NCBI GenBank assembly: GCA_965222375.1
Contig: CBDCTZ010000013.1
Span: 64,001 to 128,000 of the forward strand
Direction: 5' to 3'
DNA from: Polyangiaceae bacterium
GTDB taxonomy: Bacteria > Myxococcota_A > Polyangia > Polyangiales > Polyangiaceae
Length of the DNA stretch: 64,000 nt
Shown piece after piece: positions 36,192-45,750 of this stretch. The stretch's first letter is position 1, and each line of letters starts with the position of its first letter. The notes below the pieces were generated by a model. It had not been told where the DNA came from. It ran no database searches and worked only from the letters and a program-made list of their open reading frames with translations. The position numbers and the translations under genes are program-made.

Positions 36192-36224
36192 CTAGCCGCG
36201 CCGCGAACCACGCGGTGCGGCTAG
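36192..36224. terminator. GC-rich hairpin between convergent genes
   Basis: CTAGCCGCGCCGCG-AACCA-CGCGGTGCGGCTAG; no U-tract. Confidence 0.55.
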
Positions 36225-36249
36225 TCGCATTTGGTCCCGACTACGCGAG

Positions 36250-36618
36250 CTACAGCGCCGCTTCGATCGCGGCTTTCACCTCGGCGGCGTTGTACTCGGC
36301 GGAAATGAAGACGACTTTGCCCGTCTTGTCGACGACGACGTCGAGGGGAAAGGGCGTGATTCGTGGCCCCGGGTTCCACGCTTGGTAGCTCTGACCGAGA
36401 TCTTTCGTCACCGGGAAAGTCACCCCCGTCTGGGTGATGAAGCTGTTGATGGTCTGGTCAGTCTCACCGCGAGCAAGCCCGCCCGAATTGATGCCGAGGA
36501 CCTTGAGGGGCTTGTCTTTGAGCGGCTGCCAAATCTGCTGTTCTATGTCTGGAAACTCCAGCTGACAGACTGCTCAGAAGGTCGCGAAGTAGCTGAGCAA
36601 GAGCACGCTGCCTTGCAT
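36250..36618 (-). CDS. Thioredoxin-fold (TlpA/Prx-like) selenoprotein candidate with UxxC motif; absent from the ORF track
   Basis: MQGSVLLLSYFATF(TGA)AVCQLEFPDIEQQIWQ...VLGIN...FITQTGVTFPV...PFPLDVVVDKTGKVVF...IEAAL*; TGA at 36576-36574 replaces the first Cys of CxxC. Confidence 0.85.
36541..36573 (-). promoter_or_regulatory. Putative bacterial SECIS element
   Basis: After the UGA: GCAGUCUGUCAG-CUGGA-GUU-UCCAG-ACAUAGA; the apical loop starts with GU 17 nt downstream of UGA. Confidence 0.65.
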
Positions 36619-36965
36619 ACTCTCCGGGCCAAGATCCGAACGTCGGTGAATCTCGGAGCGCTTCGGTCAAACTTCGCTCACACTGCGGGGCGATGGCAGC
36701 ATCAGGCTGCCTTCGGTCAACCCCGCTCGTTGCCCCGGGGTGGGCGCCGTCGCGGGATACCACCAACGGCTTGCACGCCTCTACGCCGCCGTAGTGGTGG
36801 CCGTGGACACCAGAAGTGCGGCCCTGCTCAAGAAGGAACTGCAAGCGTCGGTCAGGGGCGATGGCCTGCGGCGTGGTGCCGGACCTACTGCTTCCCGAGA
36901 TCGCCGGATCTCTCAAAGACCTGATTGGCTCGCTGACGAACGTGCCGTGCTGAGCAGCGAGCGGG

Positions 36966-37553
36966 CTACTTGGCTAGAGCCGCTTCGACGTCCTTGTCCA
37001 CTGCGGTGGAGTCACCGGTGGTGTAACCCTCTTTCTTGGTCAGGATCCCGCCGTCGCGACCGATGAGTACCGAATAGGGCGCGCTGGTCTTCGGGTTGTA
37101 CAGGGATACGACCCGGGTCTCCGAGTCGAGCAAGATCGGGAAACTCACGCCGAGCTTGGCGACGGTCGTCTTGACCTCGGCGATGGAGTCCGGCCCGTCG
37201 ATGGACACGCCCAGTACGACGAAGCCTTTGTCCTTGTGCTTCTTGTACAGCTCGTCCAAGTGGGGCATCGCGGTCAGGCAGGGGTCGCAAAAGGTCGCCC
37301 AGAAATCGATCAGGATGACGTCCTTGCCCAAGTGATCGCTGAGGCGCACCGAATCGCCCTTCAAGGTGGGCAGTTCGAAATCCGGCGGCCGCGGGCCGCT
37401 CGGCTCCGCCGGCGTGTCTTCGCCGCCGGAGCCGGTGCTCGCCGCCGCGGGCTCAGAGCCGCCCGCTGCCGTCGTGGGCCCGGCTGTAGGGCTGCCACCA
37501 CACGCCATCGCCGAAAGACCGAGGGTCACTAGCAAAGTCGTCGTCGCTTTCAT
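36966..37553 (-). CDS. TlpA-family thiol:disulfide oxidoreductase lipoprotein
   Basis: Lipobox AMAC; PPDFELP; VILIDFWATFCDPC; APYSVLIGRDG. Confidence 0.92.
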   Translation of the reverse strand: MKATTTLLVTLGLSAMACGGSPTAGPTTAAGGSEPAAASTGSGGEDTPAEPSGPRPPDFELPTLKGDSVRLSDHLGKDVILIDFWATFCDPCLTAMPHLDELYKKHKDKGFVVLGVSIDGPDSIAEVKTTVAKLGVSFPILLDSETRVVSLYNPKTSAPYSVLIGRDGGILTKKEGYTTGDSTAVDKDVEAALAK

Positions 37554-37633
37554 CACGTTCTCCCGTAGCACAAACGCATTCGCCGCCGGATCGGTTTCCC
37601 AATGCGGCGGCGAGCAGTGCGATTTCTCGCCAA

Positions 37634-38347
37634 TCAGTTCTGAGCCAGGAACTGATCCATCTGAGTAAACATGGCCGTGGTGTCGCCGCCCAGGTACTTG
37701 CCGATGATCTTCATGGTCTTGGCATCAATCACCAAGTTCATGGGAGTCGCGTCAGCAGTGAAGAAGCGACCCGTCTTGAAGCCTGGATCCAGGATCATCG
37801 GAAACTCGACGGCGTAGGTGGTGCCCCAATACGCCAGATCACCCGGCTTCGCCGGGTTGGGCGGATTGGCGCCGTCCTCGAAGAGCGCGCCGACAAACTC
37901 CGCGCCCAGAGCGCGATACTTCGCGTAGGTGCCCTCGGTCTTGAAGTGGTTGTACTCGGCTCGGCACACGGTGCACCACACGGCCGAAACATTGACCATG
38001 ATGACCTTGTTGCCCTTGGTGCCATCGGGGTCGTAGAAGTCCGAGAAGGCCACGTCTTCGAACTTCGTATCGTCGTAGGCGGCGACGGCGGGCTTCAGCC
38101 AACCGCGGAAGTTGAAGTTCGCCATCGTCGAACCGACGTTGGTGCCGTAGGGGCCCGCCGGGTAGTCCGCACCCTTGAAGGCAGGGTCGTAGGGACTCGC
38201 GCCACCGGTAGGACCGCCTGTGGAGACCTGCTCACCTTTGTAATAGTCTTCTTGGGGCAGCGGGTCCGCCTCCGAAGAGCAGGCGAGAAGTGCGAAGCCC
38301 GCGACGCAGGCAATACCAGTGGCTACGAGTCGTTGCATGAGATGCAC
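37634..38347 (-). CDS. Redoxin lipoprotein, paralog of 23725-24384
   Basis: Lipobox LLAC; YPAGPYG; DFYDPDGTKGNKVIMVNVSAVWCTVC; TPMNLVID. Confidence 0.9.
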   Translation of the reverse strand: MHLMQRLVATGIACVAGFALLACSSEADPLPQEDYYKGEQVSTGGPTGGASPYDPAFKGADYPAGPYGTNVGSTMANFNFRGWLKPAVAAYDDTKFEDVAFSDFYDPDGTKGNKVIMVNVSAVWCTVCRAEYNHFKTEGTYAKYRALGAEFVGALFEDGANPPNPAKPGDLAYWGTTYAVEFPMILDPGFKTGRFFTADATPMNLVIDAKTMKIIGKYLGGDTTAMFTQMDQFLAQN

Positions 38348-38513
38348 CTCTCCCGGTTGGTGCTAGAACCTGTTTTGGAGCTTAGTCGCATTGCCTGCCA
38401 GGTCAAGGCGCCGCTCTAGCCCTTTCTTTATGGCAAAAGCGCGAGTAAGAGGCTCCCGGCGGGGGCTGGAGCCCTAATCGGCCGCCCGCGAGCGCCCCGA
38501 GGATCGAAGACCC

Positions 38514-40052
38514 ATGAACCAACCGAGTACCTTCTCTCAACTGCTGCGCCGTATGGCAGTCGTGACACTGACGGCCATTGGCCTGATCTTGCCAGCCGCG
38601 TGTTCGAGCGAGGACGCCAAATGCGAGGGCGTCGATATCAACGGGAAGTGCCAAGCCACGTGTGACCCCGCCACGTGTGCCGTGCCGGGCAGCATCTGCT
38701 TGGAAAACTACTGCTCCGCGCCGTGCCAGGGTCACGAGTTTTGCCCGGTAGGTCAGAACTGCGGGTTCGTTTCTGGTTTGACGAATGCTCCTGACGGCAA
38801 CTACTGCTACGTGCCTCCCTTCGCCATCGGCGGCAAGACAGGTCAGTTCGAGGAGTGCACCACGAATGACACCTGCGATCAGGCGCGAGGCTTCACCTGC
38901 ATCAACGCCGTGTGCGCACCCACCTGCAAGAACCACTCGGACTGCACGGCCTACAAAGCCTACTGCAAGAAAGACGAAACGAACGGCCTCAATGGTTGCG
39001 TGAAAGGCGAGGCCCAGCCGCCTGGCCAGGGCGGTCCGTGCAGCAGCTCGTTTGAGTGCGATCAACCCGGCGGATATCAGTGCGCCGAAAAAGAGTGCCG
39101 TCTGACCCGGTGCCGCACCCACACAGACTGCGCCGCCATTGGCCTGTGTAAGAACACCACCCTAGAGACGGGTGAAAAGACCACCGCCTGCTTCCCAGAC
39201 ACCGTCCACCCCGACGGGCAATACGGAACTCGCTGTATCGACGGCAGCAGCGCCGGAGAATGCGATGAAGCCAACGGCTTCGTCTGCATCGGCGCCGGGC
39301 CAGGCGATGTTGACGCCTACTGCACCGGCACCGCCTGCCAGGCGGGCGGCTGCCCCACCGGCTACTTCTGCTCGACAGTGCGCACGGGGCGCGACCCTTG
39401 TGAAGCCACGTGCACGGGAGTCGACCCGGCCCCCACAGATCCAAACTGCGTCAAACCCGCCGACATTGGCGCCGGCAAGGAGTACTCCTGCGGCCCCATC
39501 AGTCTGCTGCGCAATCTCTGCCTGAAGAACGAGTACTGCAACGAGTGCAAGACCGACGAAGACTGCCGCGGACTGCCCGACCAGATCTGCGCGAAGGACT
39601 CGAAGGGCAAGAAGCGCTGCACGACGCTGTGTGACCCCAGCGTTTCTGGCGCCTGCCCCTGGGGCACGGCCAGCCTGTGCAGCATCACCGACACGGATCT
39701 CAACGTGCCCACCTGCTCCCATCGCTTCGGCGCCTGCGAAGCCACGGGCAAGAGCTGCGAGCCCTGCATCGATGACGCGGATTGCCCCACGGGCTTGTGC
39801 GCCAGCAGCGATTTCACCCAGGAACGTTACTGTGCGGATCTCAGCATCACCTGCGACTGCACCGGCCTGCCGACCGTTCAGAACCAGTACTGTCTGGGCG
39901 GAGGCTGCCCGCAAACCCCGGGTGGGCTCAACATGCGCTGCTTCGGCGGCTCCGCCGTCCCAGCAACCAGCCTGCTCCTCAATAAGTGCTTCGGAGCATC
40001 AATCACTCAACAATTCGGGGGTTCACCGCAAACAGCCTGTTGGCCCAAGTGA
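38514..40052 (+). CDS. Cys-rich lipoprotein
   Basis: Lipobox PAAC; many C-x4-C-x5-C disulfide-type modules along the whole length. Confidence 0.85.
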   Translation: MNQPSTFSQLLRRMAVVTLTAIGLILPAACSSEDAKCEGVDINGKCQATCDPATCAVPGSICLENYCSAPCQGHEFCPVGQNCGFVSGLTNAPDGNYCYVPPFAIGGKTGQFEECTTNDTCDQARGFTCINAVCAPTCKNHSDCTAYKAYCKKDETNGLNGCVKGEAQPPGQGGPCSSSFECDQPGGYQCAEKECRLTRCRTHTDCAAIGLCKNTTLETGEKTTACFPDTVHPDGQYGTRCIDGSSAGECDEANGFVCIGAGPGDVDAYCTGTACQAGGCPTGYFCSTVRTGRDPCEATCTGVDPAPTDPNCVKPADIGAGKEYSCGPISLLRNLCLKNEYCNECKTDEDCRGLPDQICAKDSKGKKRCTTLCDPSVSGACPWGTASLCSITDTDLNVPTCSHRFGACEATGKSCEPCIDDADCPTGLCASSDFTQERYCADLSITCDCTGLPTVQNQYCLGGGCPQTPGGLNMRCFGGSAVPATSLLLNKCFGASITQQFGGSPQTACWPK

Positions 40053-40163
40053 GCCGATTCCGGCACGTTGTGGGTCTAGTTTGCATGAGTCCCCTGCCCC
40101 ACCCGTCAAACACGAATCCGGGGCGCACCTACGGTCGACTCAGGGAAATAAGGAGAGCTTGAA

Positions 40164-41396
40164 ATGAAAAAACGTAATGGTTTCCGGTTCTTGGCCGGTC
40201 CCGCCCTCGCGGGCGTGCTGATGGTCCCGTTCGCGGGTGGTTGCGACAAGGTCGAGGAAGCTCAGGGCGCCGTGTGCTGCTCCGAGTTTCAGGTTGGTGG
40301 TGAGATCTCTGCCGACATAGGCGGCGGCGCGGAGGGGCAGGTTGCTGTCCAGGCCGTCGCGGACCTCACCGGCGTAGCGTCAGTCGCCGTTAGCGACTTG
40401 ACATCAGCGTGCCGCAGCATGGCTCAAGACTTGGACGCGCCGAAGGCCGAGCAAGATGCGGCCGAAGCGAAGGAGGGCAAGCGCGAGAAGCTCGACGCCT
40501 GGTGCAAGCTGGCCGTCAGCGCGATCGGAACTTTCAAGGGCAAGGCCCAGGGGACCCTGACGGTGAGCATTCAGCCACCCGTGTGTGAGGCGTCCATCTC
40601 CGCCAAAGCCAATTGTCAGGCCAGTTGCTCCGCCGAGGGAAGCTGCGACATCAAAGCCAACCCACCCACTTGTGAGGGCGGCAGCCTCGAAGTTGCGTGC
40701 AAGGGAGAATGTACCGCAAAGGCTGGGGCCACGCTCAAATGCGAGGGCAGCTGCAGCGCGGAGTGCAAGGGCGAGTGCACCGCTGAAGGCGGCGTCGAAT
40801 GCGAAGGGCAGTGCGAAGGAACCTGCGAAGCTGGCGCAGGCGGCAGCGGCCCACAAGCGGACGGCACCTGCAAGGGAACCTGCAAGGGAACCTGCAAAGC
40901 CACGGCGCCTGGTGCGACATGCACCGGCAGCTGCAAGGGTGAGTGCAGCGGCTCCTGCATGGGCTCGGCTGACGCTTCAGTCAAGTGCGACGGCGAATGC
41001 AAGGCTGACTTCGAGCCCCTCAAGTGCACCGGTGGTGAACTCAAGGGTGGCTGCCAGGTGGAAGCCAGCTGTGACGCGAATTGCGACGCGAGTGTGAAGG
41101 CCAAGGCGGAGTGCAAGCCTCCCTCAGTGGCAGTGACATTCTCAGGTGCGGCGGACGTTCAAGCTGCGGGTCGCCTCAAAGCAACTCTCGAAGCGAACCT
41201 CGGTGTGGTCGCGGCGCTGGAGGCGCGAGTCAAGACGATGGTCGACATCGCTGGCTCGCTGTCTGGCAACGTGTCGGCTCTCACAGAGGTGAAGGCAGCG
41301 TGCCTGCCTGCAATCATCAAGGCTGCCGACGGCGCTGTGTTGGATCTGCAAGCATCCGTGAGCGCTGCTGGTAGCATCGGGACGGCGGCCAAGTGA
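40164..41396 (+). CDS. Cys-rich lipoprotein with CxGxC repeats
   Basis: Strong RBS AAGGAG; lipobox AGGC; tandem CxGx tetrapeptides flanked by helical ends. Confidence 0.88.
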   Translation: MKKRNGFRFLAGPALAGVLMVPFAGGCDKVEEAQGAVCCSEFQVGGEISADIGGGAEGQVAVQAVADLTGVASVAVSDLTSACRSMAQDLDAPKAEQDAAEAKEGKREKLDAWCKLAVSAIGTFKGKAQGTLTVSIQPPVCEASISAKANCQASCSAEGSCDIKANPPTCEGGSLEVACKGECTAKAGATLKCEGSCSAECKGECTAEGGVECEGQCEGTCEAGAGGSGPQADGTCKGTCKGTCKATAPGATCTGSCKGECSGSCMGSADASVKCDGECKADFEPLKCTGGELKGGCQVEASCDANCDASVKAKAECKPPSVAVTFSGAADVQAAGRLKATLEANLGVVAALEARVKTMVDIAGSLSGNVSALTEVKAACLPAIIKAADGAVLDLQASVSAAGSIGTAAK

Positions 41397-41438
41397 ACCG
41401 CCACCTAACGCTGTAACGAAATCACGTAACAAGAAGAG

Positions 41439-41468
41439 CGGCGTGTCGTCTCAAGGCACGCCGTTTTT
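41439..41468 (+). terminator. Rho-independent terminator
   Basis: CGGCGTGTC-GTCTCAA-GGCACGCCG followed by TTTTT. Confidence 0.85.
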
Positions 41469-41806
41469 CGTTTTGTGCGTCGAGTCGCGGGCAGGCGGAG
41501 CCCGAGAAACCCCCGGGGCGGAGCGGGGGCGCTGCCGAGGGGCTGACGAAGTTGCGGCGGCGGGAGCAGTCCGGCACGCACGCTTGGGGGCGGGCGAGAG
41601 TAGTGCCCCCGTGTGGTCCAGGGCTCCAGCCCTTCGGGTGTCGCCCCTTCGGGCATCACGAAGCGCGTCACAAGCGCGTCGACCCCAAACCAGCCGATAG
41701 CCAGGGGAAGTGGCGTCGCCTCAGGGCGGGTTGTTCGGGCTCCTGGTTTTTCTCCATGGGGCTCAAGGTTTGGAGCGGCGAGCCGTTCGTTCCTCAAGCG
41801 GACCCC

Positions 41807-43069
41807 ATGAGCGCCCAAATCCTACCCCACCCCTCTTCCTTGCTGGGCGGCAAGTACGCGCTGTTGCGCGAACTCGGCTCCGGGGGAGCCGCCTGCGTGT
41901 ACGAGGCGGAGAATGTGCTCGTGGGCAAGCGCGTGGCCGTGAAGGTGCTGGGCGAAAAGCTGGCCCGCAACGTGACGGTCCGAGCGCGATTCCTGGCGGA
42001 GGCTCGGGCGGCGGCTCAGCTGAACCATCCCAACGTCGTGGATATCCACGACGTCGGCGACGAACGCGGCGGGCTGTACATCGTGATGGAGCTGCTCTCC
42101 GGCGAGACCCTGGCGCAGGTGCTCGCGTCTCGAGGCGCGCTGCCCGTGCCTTACGCCTGCGAGCTGGTGTTGCAGGTCCTCACTGCCTTGGACGCAGCCC
42201 ACGCACGCGGAATCGTGCACCGGGACCTGAAACCCGAAAACGTGTTGGTCACGCATCCGCGCCCGGACCAACCTCTGGTCAAGGTCCTCGACTTCGGCAT
42301 TGCCCAAGGTATCGCGGGCGCAGCCGCGGAACCCGAAGGCCGCCTGATGGGCACGCCCGCCTACATGGCACCGGAGCAAGCTCTGGGTCGACGCGTCGAT
42401 CATCGCGCCGACCTCTACTCCTGCGGCGCTGTTCTGTACGAACTGCTCTGCGGCGAGCCACCCTTCCGCGGACGCACGCCGATGCAGATCCTCGGTTCGG
42501 TGTTGAAGAACGAATACCGACCCCTGTGCAGCTGCGCGCCGCACGTGCCCATCGAACTGCGACAGCTCGTCGACGAACTCTTGCAGCCGTCTGCCCTCGA
42601 CCGACCCGCAACCGCCGACGCCGTGGCGTCCGTCTTGGCGAGCTACGCGGGCGTGGAGCGTGCTGCCGACGCAGAGCCGATCCCATTGGTCAAAAGCGAC
42701 CGGCATGCCATCAACTTCCCATCCGAGCTGCCCGATGGCGACCCACCCGTCCAGTGCGACATCGGCGTGGCGGAACTGAGTGATCCGCACATACCCAAGG
42801 CGCCCGCGCTGAACCTGGACGCGGCCAGTTGGGGCATGCCCGCAGGCACCGCCCTGCCACTGGATTCAGAACTTCGCGAGCGTCGCGCACCGACCTTCGT
42901 GCCGGCAAGCAAGCCGCGCGCCGTCGTCGAGCGCGCAGCCGTGAAGCTCGAGGAGGAACCCGTGGAAGCGCCCCAGAAACGCCGCTCCGCAGCATCGTCC
43001 ATCGCTCTTGCCATCGCCTCGGGCTTCAGCGCAGGCCTAGTGAGCATGTGGCTCGGGGGACTGCTTTAG
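41807..43069 (+). CDS. Ser/Thr protein kinase with C-terminal TM
   Basis: LGSGGAACVY, VAVK, HRDLKPEN, DFG and GTPAYMAPEQ motifs; ATG at 41807 preferred. Confidence 0.93.
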   Translation: MSAQILPHPSSLLGGKYALLRELGSGGAACVYEAENVLVGKRVAVKVLGEKLARNVTVRARFLAEARAAAQLNHPNVVDIHDVGDERGGLYIVMELLSGETLAQVLASRGALPVPYACELVLQVLTALDAAHARGIVHRDLKPENVLVTHPRPDQPLVKVLDFGIAQGIAGAAAEPEGRLMGTPAYMAPEQALGRRVDHRADLYSCGAVLYELLCGEPPFRGRTPMQILGSVLKNEYRPLCSCAPHVPIELRQLVDELLQPSALDRPATADAVASVLASYAGVERAADAEPIPLVKSDRHAINFPSELPDGDPPVQCDIGVAELSDPHIPKAPALNLDAASWGMPAGTALPLDSELRERRAPTFVPASKPRAVVERAAVKLEEEPVEAPQKRRSAASSIALAIASGFSAGLVSMWLGGLL

Positions 43070-43070
43070 C

Positions 43071-44441
43071 TCATAGGCGGCCGGCTAGCCCAAGCATCGC
43101 GCCACCCTGAGTTGGGATCAACGTCGGGCTCAGTGACAGGTCGGACTTGGCCGGGCCCTCGGATTCGTCGACGCCCCGGTCCGGCTCCATGCCGGTGGTG
43201 GCAAACCACGCCGCAGTGAGACCCACACCGATCCCCAATGCCAAGGTGCCACTGAGGGCCCGGGCATCCGTCTCTTCATCCGCCGCGGAGATGTAGAGAC
43301 CACCCATGAGCAATCCGCCGGCGATGCCACCCAGATCGAGGAAGCGCACCCGCGCAACCGACGGCGATACAGGACCGGCTGCCAGGGCGCCGCCAATGGC
43401 AGCCGCGTTTAGACCGATGGCCGCGCCAAGTAGGGCGCGATCATCGAGTTGGTTGTCGTCCGGACTGAGCGCCGCAACCGTGAGTCCCGCTAGGCCACCG
43501 CCCCAAAGACTCGCTGAGCCCACAAAGGAGGCGCGCCCCGGTGTCGTGCCCGACACGCCGCCAATCACGCCGCCTGCAACGGCACCAAGTGTCGCACTGC
43601 CCCAGATGACGGTTGCGATGGTCTTGCCTTCCCACTCGTCCGCGCGGTCCACGCTGGCTTGATTCCACAGCGACCACACCAGGCCCTGCTCCAAACCGAT
43701 GTACATCCCGCTGACCACGGACTGAGGCACACCGTAAGGCAACGGATCACCGGAATCTGCCAACGCAACGCCACCCGCGGCCGCACCCGCCAACAGGAGC
43801 GCGGGCAAGATGACTCCCGCAGCCGAGTCCGCCTCGGTCTGGACCGCGAGCCACCCCCCCGTCCCCAAGCCGTACAGCACAGCGTTCAAGTACAGCACTG
43901 CCGCTTCGTCGAGGGTCCGCTCCCCCGCGGCCTTGGCACTCAGCGAACTCTCTCCGAGATCTGCCTTGCGCACAAAGGCCAGACCGCGACGATGCAGGTT
44001 CCCCGCGATACGCGCCAGCTCTTGCGCCATCGCCGCGTCGTGTGGGTTGCTTGCACTGCGCGACAGCTTCTGAAACATTGCCGCCGCCTCGGCGAAGCCC
44101 CCCGCCAACAAGCGGCGGCGCGCGGCGGCGAAGTCCACCTGCCACTTCTGCGGAGACTGCGGAGCGAAGTTGGCCGGCGCCGCAGCTGGCGATGCAACGT
44201 TGGTCGCGGGGGGCGCGTTCGTAGAAGGCGTAGCCGCGGGTTGTACCGGCGTTGCGGCAGCAGGTTGCGTCGGAGCCGGCGTCGCGGGTTGGGCGGAGCT
44301 TGCCGGGTCAGCGGGTTCATCCGCGGACGGAGCTTGAGCGCTCGCCAGACAGACCCACAGGGATGTCACCGCGAAGCAGCCAGCAGCGAGCCGTGTCGCA
44401 GCGAAGGATGCGCGAAAATGAAGTGACGGCATGGTGCTCAT
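43071..44441 (-). CDS. Gly/Ala-rich secreted or membrane protein
   Basis: Signal peptide, Pro/Ala linker, multiple Gly-rich hydrophobic helices, C-term LSPT...GAMLGLAGRL. Confidence 0.7.
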   Translation of the reverse strand: MSTMPSLHFRASFAATRLAAGCFAVTSLWVCLASAQAPSADEPADPASSAQPATPAPTQPAAATPVQPAATPSTNAPPATNVASPAAAPANFAPQSPQKWQVDFAAARRRLLAGGFAEAAAMFQKLSRSASNPHDAAMAQELARIAGNLHRRGLAFVRKADLGESSLSAKAAGERTLDEAAVLYLNAVLYGLGTGGWLAVQTEADSAAGVILPALLLAGAAAGGVALADSGDPLPYGVPQSVVSGMYIGLEQGLVWSLWNQASVDRADEWEGKTIATVIWGSATLGAVAGGVIGGVSGTTPGRASFVGSASLWGGGLAGLTVAALSPDDNQLDDRALLGAAIGLNAAAIGGALAAGPVSPSVARVRFLDLGGIAGGLLMGGLYISAADEETDARALSGTLALGIGVGLTAAWFATTGMEPDRGVDESEGPAKSDLSLSPTLIPTQGGAMLGLAGRL

Positions 44442-44688
44442 GCCATGAGCAATTCGCGTGCCTTCTCGTTTTCGCGAGGAAACGCGACATGGCACGTGGC
44501 CGTTCTGTTGCCGTTCGGTCCCCTGTGCCCAACTACTGTGAATCTCGAACCACACGACCCCGTACCTAGGGGTTGGTTGGGGTCGCGGCCCTGGGGCTAC
44601 ACGGGTCACTACTCTCGAGCCTCAACAAGCGGCGGCGTCTGCAACAGTCACGTTGACGCGAGGCGGCGCTAGCCCTACGCCCACCCCC

Positions 44689-45582
44689 ATGAGCGAGACT
44701 GAAGCGAAGCCAGAGACCCACGGGCGACCTGTGGAGCAGGACGATCCTGTGCCTGGCGTGAAGAACGTCGTGCTGGTGATGAGCGGCAAGGGCGGAGTCG
44801 GCAAGAGCACGGTGGCCGCGAACCTCGCGCTAGCGCTGTCCCGCGGGGGCCATCGGGTGGGGCTCATCGATGCAGACCTGTACGGGCCGAGCGTGCCCAC
44901 GCTATTTGGCATCACCGGCCAACCGCTATCGGACGGCAACAAGATCCAGCCCCTAGCGCGGTTCGGAATCAAACTGATGAGCATCGGCTTCCTGTTGGAA
45001 GATCCGACCAGTGCCGTGGTCTGGCGAGGGCCCATGTTGCACGGCGCGCTGGTGCAATTTCTCAAGGACGTGGACTGGGGCGAGTTGGACTATCTACTGC
45101 TAGACTTGCCGCCTGGCACTGGAGACATTGCGCTCACTTTGGCTCAACGGGTACGCACCAATGGGGCGGTCATCGTGACGACGCCGCAAGAAGTCGCGTT
45201 GCAGGACGTCTACAAGGCCGTCAACATGTGCCACAAAGTCGGCATCCCGATCACTGGCGTCGTGGAAAACGAGAGCTACTTCATTTGTGACGGCTGCGAC
45301 AAACGCCACGAGCTGTTCGGTAGTGGCGGCGGCGAGAAGGTCGCGGAGCTGTCGGGTGCGCCGTTGATCGGCCAAATCCCTCTTCATGCTGAAGTTCGCA
45401 AGTGGGGGGACGCTGGCACACCGATCGTTCAGGCCTCTCCGGCGTCGGCGATTGCCAAGTTCTTCGTGGCTGTGGCCGACCGCCTCGTTGAAGAACTCGA
45501 CCGCCACAACGCGGAGGCGGGCGACGGATTGCTCATCGATCGTTCTGGAGGCACCAACAAGCACCTACCCATCGCGCGCTGA
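44689..45582 (+). CDS. apbC: Mrp/ApbC/NBP35 Fe-S cluster carrier ATPase
   Basis: SGKGGVGKST, DADLYGPS, WRGPM, LLLDLPPGTGD, VTTPQ and CDGC motifs. Confidence 0.95.
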   Translation: MSETEAKPETHGRPVEQDDPVPGVKNVVLVMSGKGGVGKSTVAANLALALSRGGHRVGLIDADLYGPSVPTLFGITGQPLSDGNKIQPLARFGIKLMSIGFLLEDPTSAVVWRGPMLHGALVQFLKDVDWGELDYLLLDLPPGTGDIALTLAQRVRTNGAVIVTTPQEVALQDVYKAVNMCHKVGIPITGVVENESYFICDGCDKRHELFGSGGGEKVAELSGAPLIGQIPLHAEVRKWGDAGTPIVQASPASAIAKFFVAVADRLVEELDRHNAEAGDGLLIDRSGGTNKHLPIAR

Positions 45583-45750
45583 ACGCCTGAAGGCGTTTTT
45601 TCACGGCCAAGGCGCGATCTTGGCCATTTACACCACGCTTTGGGGCGACGCTGGGCCACCACTCATGGGGCAAAGCCACGGGGGCGCTATTTGCGTTCGC
45701 GACCAGGCGCGATATACGGCCGTTCCCGGTTTTTGACGGACCGGTTTGTC

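Noticed and set aside
36620..36960. ORFs 36382-36924, 36464-36916 and 36740-37066, and a 10-bp repeat CTTCGGTCAA (36661, 36711)
   Set aside because: There are no recognisable motifs and the ORFs overlap better-supported genes. An in-frame stop at 36669-36667 limits upstream extension of the Sec gene.
41470..41806. GC-rich intergenic region checked for tRNA-Sec, 6S RNA or a riboswitch
   Set aside because: Small hairpins are present, but I could identify no cloverleaf, T-loop or riboswitch consensus; an Rfam scan is needed.
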